The notes: generated by a model not told the origin, from the sequence alone. Numbered from the stretch's first letter, positions 19,633 to 30,447 are shown. The stretch is 64,000 nt of DNA from Candidatus Giovannonibacteria bacterium RIFCSPHIGHO2_01_FULL_45_24 (GCA_001778495.1 MFHE01000010.1:55292-119291), one strand, 5' to 3'. Program-made: numbers and translations.

Positions 19633-20224
19633 TTTTATTAAAAACAAAAAACTTATAGCCAAGGAAGTTACCCATGGCGGATGCCGGTATCAGAACCAAA
19701 AGCGCGAGATTCGCCCAAACTTTCAAATCAAAACCGGAGGGAGCGCCGATGGTGTTTATCATCAAGTGCATAAATAAGAGCCCCAAAAGGGATGTGGCAA
19801 TCGTTATGCTGAAAAATTTTGCGTACTGGGCGTGCGCGCTGTCCAAATCGTTCGCCTTAAAAATCCAGAATTTATTCCACAAAAAACTTTGCGTTATCGT
19901 TATCGCAAAAGCCATGATTATAAAAACGTCCACCAGCCAGCCGCTGGCAACGCCCGTAATCAAAATGAAAAAGTTGAAAATGCCCGCGTCCAGAAAAAAA
20001 TTGAAGCATCCGACGAGGCCGTATTTTCCCAGCTCCAGCAAGACAGGCCGCCTCGCCGACATCAAATAAATCAAATAAAAACCGGCGGACACTGCTGCGG
20101 GCATGAAAATCAGCCAGACGACGACAAATGCCGGCTCAAAAAAATTTATATTTTTTAACGTCGGCAAAGTCAAAAGCGCGATAGCTTCCCCAACGATTGC
20201 TACCCTCAAAAGTTCAAGCCGCAT
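19619..20224 (-). CDS. GtrA-family polyprenyl-phosphosugar translocase
   Basis: KYGLVG, SFLWNKFWIF and NFLGYKFFVF; 5-6 TM segments. Confidence 0.82.
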   Translation of the reverse strand: MRLELLRVAIVGEAIALLTLPTLKNINFFEPAFVVVWLIFMPAAVSAGFYLIYLMSARRPVLLELGKYGLVGCFNFFLDAGIFNFFILITGVASGWLVDVFIIMAFAITITQSFLWNKFWIFKANDLDSAHAQYAKFFSITIATSLLGLLFMHLMINTIGAPSGFDLKVWANLALLVLIPASAMGNFLGYKFFVFNKNEPR

Positions 20225-20227
20225 AAC

Positions 20228-21271
20228 TCAAAAAAAATGCTTAGCGATTTTTAAAATCCCCTGTTTCCACGGGACGCGGTGGGATACTCCGGTCTGTCCC
20301 TTGAATTTATCCACGTTAGCCAAATACCATTCATAGTTGCGGACGAGCGCTTCTTTGTTGGAATATTTTGGGCGGAACCCCAAAATTCGTTCAGCTTTCT
20401 CCACTGACACAAAAGAGTCCTTGCCTGCGGTTTCATAAACCCATCTGTAAAGCGGCGAAAGCTTTAAAAGCTCCAAAAATCTCAAAGTCCAAATCATGAG
20501 AGAGGCCGGAAAACCGATGATTTTTTTCCCGTATCCGGCGCGGTCTAAAACCGCCTGGTAATCTTCGCGCATGGTAGCAAATTCTTTCGCGCCGATATTA
20601 AAGACGCCATTTGTTTTTTCTTTCGGCAAAGTCGCCGAAAGCCAAATCGCCTCGCATAGGTCTTCCACATCCAAAAGCTGGTAGCGGTTTTTGCCGTTGC
20701 CGATCATCGGGAAGCCGTGCCCCGTGCTCACCCAATCGTAAAAAAGCGCAAATACTCCCAGGCGCTCGGGCCCCACAAAAGATTTCGGCCGCAAAATGGT
20801 TACGCGTAGTCCGCGCTTCCGCGCCTCTTCGCAAATACGCTCTGCCAAAATTTTCGCCTCGCCGTATGGTCCCACCCCTTGCAATTTATCATTTTCGTAA
20901 ATCGGGTGATGGTCTGGAATTCCATAAACCGCCGTGCTGGAAATATGTATGAATCTGTCAACGTTGCGCCGCCTGGCGCTTTCTAAAACATTTTTCGTCC
21001 CGTCCACTTCCGTGGAGTATATATCTTTTTTAGAATACAGCGGCAATGCGGCCGCCGTATGGACAACGATGTCAATTCCATCCATCGCTTTATCAACGTC
21101 CGATTTATCTCTTGTGTCCCCGACCAGCGCCTCAACATTGTTTTTTTCAGGGTAGTCAAACGAGGCTAAATCCAGAATTCTTACTTTCTGCCCTTTTTTG
21201 AGCAAAAAACGCGCGAGGTTAATTCCCAAAAACCCGGCGCCTCCGGTGATTAAATATTTTTTTGCTTCCAT
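20228..21271 (-). CDS. NAD-dependent epimerase/dehydratase (extended SDR)
   Basis: [15 protein letters not shown] and YGEAK motifs. Confidence 0.88.
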   Translation of the reverse strand: MEAKKYLITGGAGFLGINLARFLLKKGQKVRILDLASFDYPEKNNVEALVGDTRDKSDVDKAMDGIDIVVHTAAALPLYSKKDIYSTEVDGTKNVLESARRRNVDRFIHISSTAVYGIPDHHPIYENDKLQGVGPYGEAKILAERICEEARKRGLRVTILRPKSFVGPERLGVFALFYDWVSTGHGFPMIGNGKNRYQLLDVEDLCEAIWLSATLPKEKTNGVFNIGAKEFATMREDYQAVLDRAGYGKKIIGFPASLMIWTLRFLELLKLSPLYRWVYETAGKDSFVSVEKAERILGFRPKYSNKEALVRNYEWYLANVDKFKGQTGVSHRVPWKQGILKIAKHFF

Positions 21272-21663
21272 AATATAGATGAAATAAAATCGTCAATTAA
21301 ATATGTGACTTTAACAAAAAAATTCTCCCGGCCGGAAATTTTTCTTCGGACTTTAATGAATTCGGCTCCGATATTCTTCGCGAACAGCCCGTCTGTCAAA
21401 AATTTATCGCCTATCACCACAACTTTTTTGCCGGCTATGTCAACACCCTCGGCAGCTTCGCGGCTCGGCTTTTTTGCGCCGTTGCTTTTATTGCTGATTA
21501 AATGAACTTCGTTTTTGGCCTTAAGCTCCGCCAGCTTTTTTAGAACCTCCGGACTCATTTCCCGGTCTCCGTCCGGCCGCAAAGTGCCGTCAATGTCCAG
21601 AAAAATCGTAGCGCTTGACCACGGCGTATCCAGCTCCTCAAAAAACCTTTCACTATCCAGCAT
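21250..21663 (-). CDS. HAD-superfamily phosphatase (YqeG-like, short)
   Basis: [12 protein letters not shown] and IGDKFLTDG motifs. Confidence 0.8.
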   Translation of the reverse strand: MLDSERFFEELDTPWSSATIFLDIDGTLRPDGDREMSPEVLKKLAELKAKNEVHLISNKSNGAKKPSREAAEGVDIAGKKVVVIGDKFLTDGLFAKNIGAEFIKVRRKISGRENFFVKVTYLIDDFISSILWKQKNI

Positions 21664-22519
21664 AAAGAATTATTGCGGCAGACACTGCCAGCCAGATAAA
21701 AACGGTGAGCGTCAAATTTTTGTCTGAAAGCAAATCGTCCGTCGGGCCGTCGTCGCTCCGCGTTTTTATATTTATCAAAAATAAATACCGAAAAAGCCCG
21801 TAAAGCACGATGGGGATTGTAATCATAAGAAGCTTGCTGTGCTCGGAGCTGAATGTATAAAAAGCGTAGGTGATAATCGTGGAGGGCAAAACAATCGCGT
21901 TCATCTGGTCAAGCAATGCAAGAGAATACCTGCCAAGCCCCTCGCGCGCTTCGGCCTCCTCCGCATGCATAAGCTCATTTTTTCTCTTGGAAATCGCCAA
22001 AAAAAGCGTCAGGAAAAAAGTCGCAAGAATCAACCATTCCGAGAACCGGACATTTATGGCAACGGCGCCGGCGATGACGCGAATCACAAACCCCAAAGCG
22101 ATTGTTATCACGTCAATTATCACGAAACGCTTGAGATAAAACGAATATAAAACATTAAGCGCCAGAAATCCGACGACGGTGAGCGCGAAAAAATTATTTA
22201 TGTAAAAACTCCAGAAAATGGATAATGCCCCAAAAACCACGGCGGCAAAAACGGCTGCGGATTCCGGAAGCTCTCCCGAAGCAATCGGCCTTAAGCGTTT
22301 TTGCGGATGCCTGCGGTCATACGGCGCATCCACCACGTCGTTGAGCAGATAAATAGCGCTTCCGGCGAGGCAGAAAATTATGAAGGCCTCAAAGACGGTT
22401 GCCAGCTTCTCAATATCAAAAAACTGCTTTACGAAAATTATGGCGGCAAAAAGAAACAGGTTTTTAACCCATTGCTTCGGCCGCATTGAGATTATCAAAT
22501 TTTTAGCTAAATCAATCAT
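21653..22519 (-). CDS. UbiA-family decaprenyl-phosphate phosphoribosyltransferase-like protein
   Basis: MRPKQWVKN, YLLNDVVD...DRRHPQKRLRPIASG and KRKNE motifs. Confidence 0.88.
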   Translation of the reverse strand: MIDLAKNLIISMRPKQWVKNLFLFAAIIFVKQFFDIEKLATVFEAFIIFCLAGSAIYLLNDVVDAPYDRRHPQKRLRPIASGELPESAAVFAAVVFGALSIFWSFYINNFFALTVVGFLALNVLYSFYLKRFVIIDVITIALGFVIRVIAGAVAINVRFSEWLILATFFLTLFLAISKRKNELMHAEEAEAREGLGRYSLALLDQMNAIVLPSTIITYAFYTFSSEHSKLLMITIPIVLYGLFRYLFLINIKTRSDDGPTDDLLSDKNLTLTVFIWLAVSAAIILYAG

Positions 22520-22522
22520 AAC

Positions 22523-24382
22523 TTATTTTAACCACTTTTCGCGCCAAAGCTGAAGCGCGATTAAATTCCATAATTCAATTCTGCGATCAACTTTTCCTTT
22601 TTGGTGCTCATTCCACAGTTTATCAATTTCCCTGCCGTTAAACCACATGCTTGTTTTAAGAGCGGAAATTTTTTCGGCTCCAAAACTATACAATTCATTT
22701 TTAAGCCACAAACCAAGCGGCATAGCGAAACCCTGTTTTTTTCTTTGGGCTATGCGTGGAGGGAAATATTTTGAAGCAACGCAGCGCAAAAGATATTTAG
22801 TTGTAAGGCCTCTGAGATGAAAATCTGTGGGCAACTTCAGAGCGTATTCTACCAAATTATGATTCAAAAGCGGAGAGCGCACCTCTAAAGAATTGGCCAT
22901 GCTGGCGCGGTCAATTTTGGCCAAAACCTGATCACCCAAATAAAACTTTCTGTAAAAAGCGATTATGCGCGCCCAGTCATTCAAGTACCCGCTGCGCGGC
23001 AGAGATTCATCAATCAGCTCCGTTACAGGATTCCCGGATAAGGCCGTGTGATGGATATCAGGAGAAAGAATCGCCGCAAGAGTGTCGGTGTGGTTATTAG
23101 CAAGCCATTGCTGATGCCTTAAAACCGCGTCCGATTCAGCAACTAAAAAAAACCTGCGAAGTTTAAAATCCAGCGGCATATACTTGTCCGATGCCGGTAT
23201 AAAGTCGGCTGCCGCCGCATACGCCATCCGCAATACCGGCATAAAAAACTTAAACTTCTGCCACAGCCTTTCAGCGATAAATGTCTGGTAACCCATGAAT
23301 ATTTCATCTCCGCCGTCCCCGCCGACCGCGACTTTTATTTTCGACCCGGCAAAGCAGGATAAAATAAAGGTTGGTATTATTGATGTGTCCGCCAAAGGCT
23401 CGTCAGAAATATCGGCAACTCGCGGGAGAAAGCCCAATACCTCTTCGGAGCCGATAACTTTTTCATTGTGGCGAGTCGCAAGAATGCCAGCGACTTCGCG
23501 CGCGTAAGAAGACTCGTCGAACGATTTTTCTTTGAATCCAATAGAAAAAGTTTCCAGTTCGGGATTTATTTGTTTCGCAAAACAGGCAACTAAACTGGAA
23601 TCTAGCCCGCCGGAAAGGAAAACGCCTAGCGGGACGTCGGCAACCATTGTTTTTTTAACACTGGCGGCAATTCTGCTTTCCAGTTCCTCTCCGGCCTTTT
23701 CCAAACTCAACTCAGAAAATTTTTTATTAAAATCCGGCTGCCAATATGTTTTTGCCGCGATTCTGCCGTCGTTCAACATCAATAACGTTCCGGCTTCCAG
23801 CTTTAGAATGTTTTTCAAAATAGATTTCGGCGCCGGCACTTGCCCGAAGGACAAATAAAGATATAAAGACTCTGGGTCAATTTCACGCCGGATTACTGGA
23901 ACCTCTAAGAGGCCTTTTAGTTCCGAAGCGAAAGCAAATAAATTTTTATCATGAAAATAGTATAAAGGTTTTTCTCCCATTCGGTCGCGCGCCAAAATCA
24001 ACGTTTTTGTTCTCCCGTCCCAAATTCCGATAGCGAACATTCCTTCCAGTTTGCCGAACACATCCAGCCCCCATTTTAAATAACCGCTTAAAATAACCTC
24101 GGTATCGCTTTTGGTTCCGAACCCGTATCCAAGTTCAAGCGTCTTTTTTAATTCCTGAAAATTATAAATCTCGCCGTTAAAAACCACGGCCACTTTGCCG
24201 TCCGGAGAAACCATGGGTTGGCGCCCGCCTTCAATATCAATAATTGAAAGGCGGCGATGCCCAAGCCAAATATTGTTATCTTGAAAAAAATTTTCGTCAT
24301 CGGGCCCGCGATGACGAAGCGCGGCAGTCATTGTTCTGATAGTTCTTTCGTCACCCCCGATTAAACCGGCAATACCGCACAT
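22523..24382 (-). CDS. asnB: Asparagine synthase-like glutamine amidotransferase
   Basis: MCGIAG, HRGPD, NGEIYN, LSGGLDSS and GDGGDE motifs. Confidence 0.9.
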   Translation of the reverse strand: MCGIAGLIGGDERTIRTMTAALRHRGPDDENFFQDNNIWLGHRRLSIIDIEGGRQPMVSPDGKVAVVFNGEIYNFQELKKTLELGYGFGTKSDTEVILSGYLKWGLDVFGKLEGMFAIGIWDGRTKTLILARDRMGEKPLYYFHDKNLFAFASELKGLLEVPVIRREIDPESLYLYLSFGQVPAPKSILKNILKLEAGTLLMLNDGRIAAKTYWQPDFNKKFSELSLEKAGEELESRIAASVKKTMVADVPLGVFLSGGLDSSLVACFAKQINPELETFSIGFKEKSFDESSYAREVAGILATRHNEKVIGSEEVLGFLPRVADISDEPLADTSIIPTFILSCFAGSKIKVAVGGDGGDEIFMGYQTFIAERLWQKFKFFMPVLRMAYAAAADFIPASDKYMPLDFKLRRFFLVAESDAVLRHQQWLANNHTDTLAAILSPDIHHTALSGNPVTELIDESLPRSGYLNDWARIIAFYRKFYLGDQVLAKIDRASMANSLEVRSPLLNHNLVEYALKLPTDFHLRGLTTKYLLRCVASKYFPPRIAQRKKQGFAMPLGLWLKNELYSFGAEKISALKTSMWFNGREIDKLWNEHQKGKVDRRIELWNLIALQLWREKWLK

Positions 24383-24386
24383 ATAA

Positions 24387-25331
24387 TTATTGATTCACTA
24401 TTTTTTCCTTAATTAAAAAGTCCGTGTTTTTCTGCTCATCGCTTCTTTGACGCACAAAAATTTCGGCGAGCAATCCCATCAGTATAAATTGAACTCCAAT
24501 AATAGAGAAAATGGCTACAATTATCGGCAATGGAGTTGAAATAAAACTTTTATCGCCAAAATATTTGAAGTACACCATTCCCAAAAAAGAAATAAACGCC
24601 AGAAAAAAGCTGGCGAAGCCAATTCCTCCGAAAAAGTGAATTGGCCTTTCAGAATAACGATGGAAAAAGTTTAAAGCCAAAACATCAAGCAGAACTTTGA
24701 ATATTCGCATCATGCCGTATTTCGATTCGCCGAATTTCCGCGGCGAGTGTCGGACTTCCATCTCGGCCAATCGCGCCCCTAAAATATGAGCGTAAGCGGC
24801 AACAAGTCGGTGCTCTTCTCCTTTCAGTTTTATATGATCTAGCACTCCGCGTCGATACACCCTAAGAGTGCAGCCAAAATCATTCAATTTTGCCCCGGAC
24901 ACATAGGCAATCAATCTGTTAGCCAAGAGTGACGGAATTTTTCGCAAAAGCATCTGATTATTCCAACGGCTCTTGCGCCAGCCAGAAACGACGTCATGCC
25001 CATCCATTAACTTGGAAATCATATCCGGTATGTCTTCTGGGTAGTTTTCTAAATCGGCGTCAATTGTTACTATGACGTCTCCTTTGGCACTTTTTATCCC
25101 AGCGGCCAAAGCGGCGCTCTGCCCTGAATTTTTTCTTAACCTTAGCACCGTAACCGGCTGAAGATGTTTCATTTTCTCAAAAGTGCCGTCTGTTGAGTCG
25201 TCGTCAACAAAAATTATTTCATATTCCGATCCAATATTTTTTAAAACCATAACCAAACGATCATGGAGTTCATTGACAGTGTCTTGTTCGTTAAAAAGCG
25301 GCACGACAACAGATATAAGTTTGGGCTTCAT
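24387..25331 (-). CDS. GT2, ArnC/GtrB-like undecaprenyl-phosphate glycosyltransferase
   Basis: VVPLFNE, DDDSTD and IDADLE, with two C-terminal TMs. Start set at ATG 25331. Confidence 0.88.
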   Translation of the reverse strand: MKPKLISVVVPLFNEQDTVNELHDRLVMVLKNIGSEYEIIFVDDDSTDGTFEKMKHLQPVTVLRLRKNSGQSAALAAGIKSAKGDVIVTIDADLENYPEDIPDMISKLMDGHDVVSGWRKSRWNNQMLLRKIPSLLANRLIAYVSGAKLNDFGCTLRVYRRGVLDHIKLKGEEHRLVAAYAHILGARLAEMEVRHSPRKFGESKYGMMRIFKVLLDVLALNFFHRYSERPIHFFGGIGFASFFLAFISFLGMVYFKYFGDKSFISTPLPIIVAIFSIIGVQFILMGLLAEIFVRQRSDEQKNTDFLIKEKIVNQ

Positions 25332-25345
25332 ATTAAAAAAGTACA

Positions 25346-27166
25346 CTATTTACTAAACGCATACAAATAAATATTGTTTGACGCGGCAACCTCTCTTAAA
25401 TTTTCAGAAAGGGGCGATAAATCCCATTCCGGATTTTTGTTTTTGTCCCAAACGATGTAATTGACCTCGCCCTTCTTCAAAATGCCCGCAATGCCTTCCG
25501 GACTGGCTACTTTTTGATATTCTCGGAAAAGCAAAGCAGACATTTCGGCCCTGCTTTTAATCACCGCCGGGTCGCCCTTAGCCAAACGAAAACCATATTC
25601 TTCGTAATCAAAACCGGAGTTAAAACCAGCCACAAAAAAGTAAATAAGCGGGTAAAAACTAGTCCCCCATTCGCCCCCGACTCCGTATCCGGCATCCACA
25701 TCGCGAAGCCGGCCCAAAAAATTGTCTCTCGCGTCCTTATCCAAATACATATACACGTATAGCGAGTCGGTAATTCTCTCCATTGGCGTGTTATAAACTA
25801 AAGCCGTAGCATGGCCCCAAAATAAATCATGATGCGTGTACACCGGAAATAACATTGCGTAGGGTAGGGATGACGCGAGAACAACTCCCGGTTCGGCGTC
25901 CGATTTCAATGCGTCAATAATCGGGCGGTAGTTCTGCCTGTATTCTTTGGCCTCCCGCGTAATCAGCGTCACCTGATACTGCCGCGAAGCCGCATTAAAA
26001 TAAGCGGCAATAATCAGCGCCGCCAAAAAAATGGTTCCGTATTTTCGCAACATTAATTTCCCGCGCTCCGCGCCACATACAAGCGCCCATCCGAGGTAAG
26101 CCCCGACGACGATAGAAGTTGGTATTGTAAAATACCAAAAATAGTGCATTAGTTGCGGGACTCGTCCGGTAATTACCTGCTGGTTCAATGCTATCCAATT
26201 TGCGAGAACAACAGACAAAAGCAGCGGAGCGTTCTTGCCCCATTTATTCCGGTACGCAAAAATAATGGACAAAATCAAAACCAAAAATAAAATTTTGCTG
26301 AACGGCGCCGGGGCATGATTCAAAGTAGTCCCATAATACAAAATCTGCTTGCCGATTTCGGAATACTGAAATGAAAATGTTTTAAAAAGAGTGTAAGCGC
26401 CAACGGCAAGCCCGATGGCTGAAACCCAAAAAACTTTTTTCGCTGATTCCCAATCGCGCAGACAAAGATAAATCAAAAACAAGCTCCCTGTCAGCGCCGA
26501 GGCGAAAGTCCATGTGTAGGGGTAAACGTAAAACAGCGCTCCGAATGCAATGCCGGACCAAAGAACATGTTTTCTCTCCGATGATTTCAAACTTCTTGCA
26601 AGCAAATTAATGTAAATAAAAAGCGCAAGAAGCCCGTAAACTGGCATTATTGGCCGGGAAAATATGTTGGGGTCCGGATTGGTTGCAGTAATCGGCACAT
26701 GATAAAGCTTCACTAAACTGTAGCCGCCTATGGTAAATAGCGCTATCGCCGCGGACAGCAACTTATGCGCGGAGAGGCGCAGTATGAAAAAGTAAATAGA
26801 GAAAATCAAAAGAACAACGCCCAAAAAAGCGTAAAGAGTGTATACAGGAACAATATAATCTACCGCTGCGCGAGAAAGCCCCAGCAGTTTAACCGGCGCG
26901 AGAAGAAGATATTCTATATAAACCTGGTGCGGGTCGGACGAATCGTTTTTGCCGATTTTAAGAAAAATATTGCCCAAAGAGTGGCCTTCCAGAATTTCCC
27001 TGCCTTTGGCGATATAGTGGAAGTCGTCCGACCACTCGCCAATATTTATGCCCTTATACGCATCGCCGGCCATAAACGGGAAAAGCAGGGCCGGCGATAT
27101 CACCAAAAGCGCCAAACCGACGGCGGAGCTCAATATAAATTTATGTTCGGTAAAAAAATTAGACAT
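25346..27166 (-). CDS. Multi-TM GT-C-like membrane protein (tandem paralog A)
   Basis: GEWSDDFHY acidic loop after TM1, many TMs and YIVWDKNKNPEWDLS. Confidence 0.65.
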   Translation of the reverse strand: MSNFFTEHKFILSSAVGLALLVISPALLFPFMAGDAYKGINIGEWSDDFHYIAKGREILEGHSLGNIFLKIGKNDSSDPHQVYIEYLLLAPVKLLGLSRAAVDYIVPVYTLYAFLGVVLLIFSIYFFILRLSAHKLLSAAIALFTIGGYSLVKLYHVPITATNPDPNIFSRPIMPVYGLLALFIYINLLARSLKSSERKHVLWSGIAFGALFYVYPYTWTFASALTGSLFLIYLCLRDWESAKKVFWVSAIGLAVGAYTLFKTFSFQYSEIGKQILYYGTTLNHAPAPFSKILFLVLILSIIFAYRNKWGKNAPLLLSVVLANWIALNQQVITGRVPQLMHYFWYFTIPTSIVVGAYLGWALVCGAERGKLMLRKYGTIFLAALIIAAYFNAASRQYQVTLITREAKEYRQNYRPIIDALKSDAEPGVVLASSLPYAMLFPVYTHHDLFWGHATALVYNTPMERITDSLYVYMYLDKDARDNFLGRLRDVDAGYGVGGEWGTSFYPLIYFFVAGFNSGFDYEEYGFRLAKGDPAVIKSRAEMSALLFREYQKVASPEGIAGILKKGEVNYIVWDKNKNPEWDLSPLSENLREVAASNNIYLYAFSK

Positions 27167-27170
27167 GTAT

Positions 27171-28907
27171 TTATTTCAACGCATACAAATAAATATTGTT
27201 TGACGCGGCAATTTCTTGAAGTTTGTCGGCAAGCGGGGAGAGGTCCCACTCCGGATTGGTATTCTTGTCCCAGACAATGTAATTAACGTCAGCTTTCTTT
27301 AAAATATTAATGATTCCTTCGGGGTCGTCAACTATCTTTTTGTATTCGCCGGAAAGCAAATCTATGGTTTTCTCTCTGCTTAAAGCGGCATAGATTGATG
27401 AGTAGTGGCGCCCATATGCTTTTTTAATCCCGCCGGCGTCTATCTTATAAAGCGCGCCGGCAAAGTCGCCTCTGGCCTCCTTATCCAAATACGCGTACAC
27501 ATAAAGCGCGTCTTTCATTCTTTCTGCAGGGGTAGCGAAATTGAACGCGTGCATGGCCCAAAATAAATCATGGTCGGTATAGACTGAAAAAAATCTTCCA
27601 TAAAAAAGATCGGAACTTAAAATGACCCCGGGCGCGGTATCGCGGTTTAATGCGTCAATAATCGGGCGGTAGTTTTGCGCGTATTCTTTGGCATCCCAAA
27701 TCACAAGCATTCTAGCGTATTGCCGGCTGGCAGTATTTAAAAAAGCGATGACGATTACAATGCCGAGCAAAGCGCTTCCGTATTTTCGCAATATTAATTT
27801 CCCGCGCTCCGCGCCCCACACAAGCGCCCACGAAACATAAGACCCCACCACAATGGAAGTAGGAATGGTAAAGTACCAAAAGTAATGGTCAACGCCTTGC
27901 GGATCGCGCCCGGTAATTACCTGCTGATTCAGAGCTATCCAGCTGGCTAGAATAATCGCCAAAAGAATCGGGTAATCTTTTTTGCCGCGGTTTCTGAAAG
28001 CGTAAATAATTGCCATAATCAAAATCAAAAAAGAGAGCTTGCTGAAGGGCGCGGGGGCGTGAGAAATAAACGTTGTAAAGCCGGCGATTTGTTTGCCGAT
28101 TTCCGAAGACATAAGCAACGCTAATAAAACAAGGGCGTAAGACCCGATGGCAAGCCCGATGGCTGAAACCCAAAAAACTTTTTTCGCTGATTCCCAATCG
28201 CGCAGACAAATATAAATCAAAAACAAGCTCCCTGTCAGCGCGGCGGCAAACGTCCATGTAAAAGGATAGACGTAAAACAACGCGCCGAAAGAAATTCCCG
28301 CCCAAAAGACGCGCCTCCATCCCGATTCACGCAAACTTTTTGCCAGTAAATTTATATAAATAAAAAGCGCAAGAAGCCCGTAAACGGGCATTATTGGTCG
28401 GGAAAATATGTTGAAATTATAGGCGACGGCGGTAACTGGAAGGTGGTAAAGCTTTACTAACTCATAGCCGCCCACTGTAAATAAAGCGGCGGCGGCTGAC
28501 AGCAATTTATTGTCGGACAAATGCAGAATAAAAAAATAAATAAATAAAACCAACAAAGCAACTCCCAAAAAAGTATAAAAGCCGTAAAGCACCACGATAT
28601 GATTTTTCGCGACGCCGGAAAGCCCCAATAGTTTTACCGGCGCCAGCAATAGGTAGTCTATATAAGTCTGGTGCGGGTCGGACGAATCGTTTTTGCCGAT
28701 TTTCAAAAAAGTATTTCCCAAAGAATGGCCTTCCAGAATTTCCCTTCCTCTGGCGATGTATGCCGCGTCGTCGTCCCATTCGCCAAGATTGATGCCATTA
28801 TACGCATCGCCGGCCATAAACGGGAACATCCACGAAGGCAAGAGGATTAAAAACGCAAGCAAAATCGCGCAAACAAAAATAAATTTATGCTCTGTAAAAA
28901 ATTTCAT
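27171..28907 (-). CDS. Multi-TM GT-C-like membrane protein (tandem paralog B)
   Basis: GEWDDDAAY; shares near-identical DNA blocks with paralog A. Confidence 0.65.
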   Translation of the reverse strand: MKFFTEHKFIFVCAILLAFLILLPSWMFPFMAGDAYNGINLGEWDDDAAYIARGREILEGHSLGNTFLKIGKNDSSDPHQTYIDYLLLAPVKLLGLSGVAKNHIVVLYGFYTFLGVALLVLFIYFFILHLSDNKLLSAAAALFTVGGYELVKLYHLPVTAVAYNFNIFSRPIMPVYGLLALFIYINLLAKSLRESGWRRVFWAGISFGALFYVYPFTWTFAAALTGSLFLIYICLRDWESAKKVFWVSAIGLAIGSYALVLLALLMSSEIGKQIAGFTTFISHAPAPFSKLSFLILIMAIIYAFRNRGKKDYPILLAIILASWIALNQQVITGRDPQGVDHYFWYFTIPTSIVVGSYVSWALVWGAERGKLILRKYGSALLGIVIVIAFLNTASRQYARMLVIWDAKEYAQNYRPIIDALNRDTAPGVILSSDLFYGRFFSVYTDHDLFWAMHAFNFATPAERMKDALYVYAYLDKEARGDFAGALYKIDAGGIKKAYGRHYSSIYAALSREKTIDLLSGEYKKIVDDPEGIINILKKADVNYIVWDKNTNPEWDLSPLADKLQEIAASNNIYLYALK

Positions 28908-29626
28908 TTGTAAAACCCTCTTAATTGGTTAATTTTTATTTGCATAAGTTCTTTCAAAGAAATAACAATGTCACGGGCGGCTCTTACTTTTGAATCATCA
29001 TCATGCGACCATTCTACCGGCATCTGGCGGATAGGTATGCGTTTTAATTTTGCGACATATAGAAGCTCCGTGTCAAACGCCCATCTGTTTATCCGCGCAA
29101 TAGGGAAAATCTCCGCGGCCGCCTCGCGGGAAAAACATTTAAACCCGCAGGTAAAATCGGCTACCTCGCGAACGAAAACGCGGGACAGCGCGCTGAATCC
29201 GGCGCCGAGAAATTCGCGCAGCCAATGCTCGCGCTTGTTTATGCGCGAATCCGTCATCCGGCGGCTGCCGATAACTATTTGATCGCCGTCCGAAACGAAA
29301 GATTTAAAATGCTGGAACTCGCTTAAGGGAACCGCCAAATCAATGTCAAAAAAAATTATCCAGCGCCCGCTGGCCCCGAGGGTGCCTTGTCTTACCGCAT
29401 AACCCTTCCCGCGATTTTTGCCGTATTTTATGATTTTAAAATCATGCTTTCCCTGATAACTTTCCAGAACTTTTTCCGTGTCATCAGTGGACCCGTCGTT
29501 AACAAAAATCACCTCCACCGCATCTCCGCAGCTATTAAAAAAATTGAAAATTTGGTCTATACTTCTCGGTATGCGCTTCGCTTCATTATACACCGGCACT
29601 ATGATGGAAAAATCGGTTTTTGGCAT
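28904..29626 (-). CDS. GT2, dolichyl/polyprenyl-phosphate glucosyltransferase (Alg5-like)
   Basis: VPVYNE, NDGSTD, NRGKG, DFTCGFK and WAFDTE. Start set at ATG 29626. Confidence 0.88.
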   Translation of the reverse strand: MPKTDFSIIVPVYNEAKRIPRSIDQIFNFFNSCGDAVEVIFVNDGSTDDTEKVLESYQGKHDFKIIKYGKNRGKGYAVRQGTLGASGRWIIFFDIDLAVPLSEFQHFKSFVSDGDQIVIGSRRMTDSRINKREHWLREFLGAGFSALSRVFVREVADFTCGFKCFSREAAAEIFPIARINRWAFDTELLYVAKLKRIPIRQMPVEWSHDDDSKVRAARDIVISLKELMQIKINQLRGFYK

Positions 29627-29641
29627 AACAATCAAAATAAA

Positions 29642-29650
29642 ATTATAGCA
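29642..29650 (-). promoter_or_regulatory. Extended -10 element TGCTATAAT
   Basis: Perfect TGnTATAAT on the minus strand, just upstream of the Alg5-like gene and abutting the ATG of the divergent gene. Confidence 0.55.
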
Positions 29651-30447
29651 TGGAAAGAGCCCAATATATAGAGCTTTATAACACTGAAAAAGACCATTGG
29701 TGGTTCCGCGGCCGCCGCAGGATTATCTCCGAATGCTTGCGATTATTCTGCCCTCAAAAAGTTGAAAGAGCCCTGGACATCGGCTGCGGCACGGGTTTTA
29801 ACGCCGTCCTCCTTGGCAATTTCTCAAAAAACGTTTTTGGGCTTGATTTTTCTGACGTTGCCGCTGATCTCGCAAAAAAGCTAAACCCGGACTTTACGTT
29901 AATTAAAGGCGAGTTTCCCGAAATCAAACTGGATGAACAATATAACGTCATCACTCTGCTGGACGTTTTGGAGCACATTGAAGACGACGTCGCGGCGCTC
30001 AAACGGATAGAAGAACTGCTCGCGCCCGGCGGATTGGCGCTTATAACCGTGCCCGCATTTGATTTTTTATGGACCGAGCACGATAAACTGCTTCATCATA
30101 AACGCCGATACGCAAAACCGGGCCTGATGAGCTTAATACGCTCCAGAACAAATCTGACCATAAAAAAAATAAGTTATTTTAACGCGTTTATGTTCCTGCC
30201 GATACTTGTTTTCAGATATTTAAGAAGGGCGTTTAATTTGGGCGAGGGTGAGTCTGACTTCTTTATGCTGCCTAAACCGCTGAATTACGCTCTTGAGAAA
30301 ATTTTTTCTCTGGAGGCGAAGATTCTTCGCCTGGCGAACTTCCCTTTCGGCGTTTCAATAATCTGCGTGCTCCAAAAACCGGCGCGAAGCTCACCAATAA
30401 GTGTAAAACAGAATCTGCAAAGTAATAATCTGAAAAAACAACAATGA
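29650..30447 (+). CDS. Class I SAM methyltransferase
   Basis: EKDHWWFRGRR, LDIGCGTG, LDVLEH and FPFGVS; homologous to 13950..14711. Confidence 0.85.
   Translation: MERAQYIELYNTEKDHWWFRGRRRIISECLRLFCPQKVERALDIGCGTGFNAVLLGNFSKNVFGLDFSDVAADLAKKLNPDFTLIKGEFPEIKLDEQYNVITLLDVLEHIEDDVAALKRIEELLAPGGLALITVPAFDFLWTEHDKLLHHKRRYAKPGLMSLIRSRTNLTIKKISYFNAFMFLPILVFRYLRRAFNLGEGESDFFMLPKPLNYALEKIFSLEAKILRLANFPFGVSIICVLQKPARSSPISVKQNLQSNNLKKQQ

Noticed and set aside
25346-28907. Diversity-generating retroelement TR/VR pair
   Set aside because: The repeats lie in collinear paralogous genes, differences are not adenine-specific, and there is no reverse transcriptase in the window.
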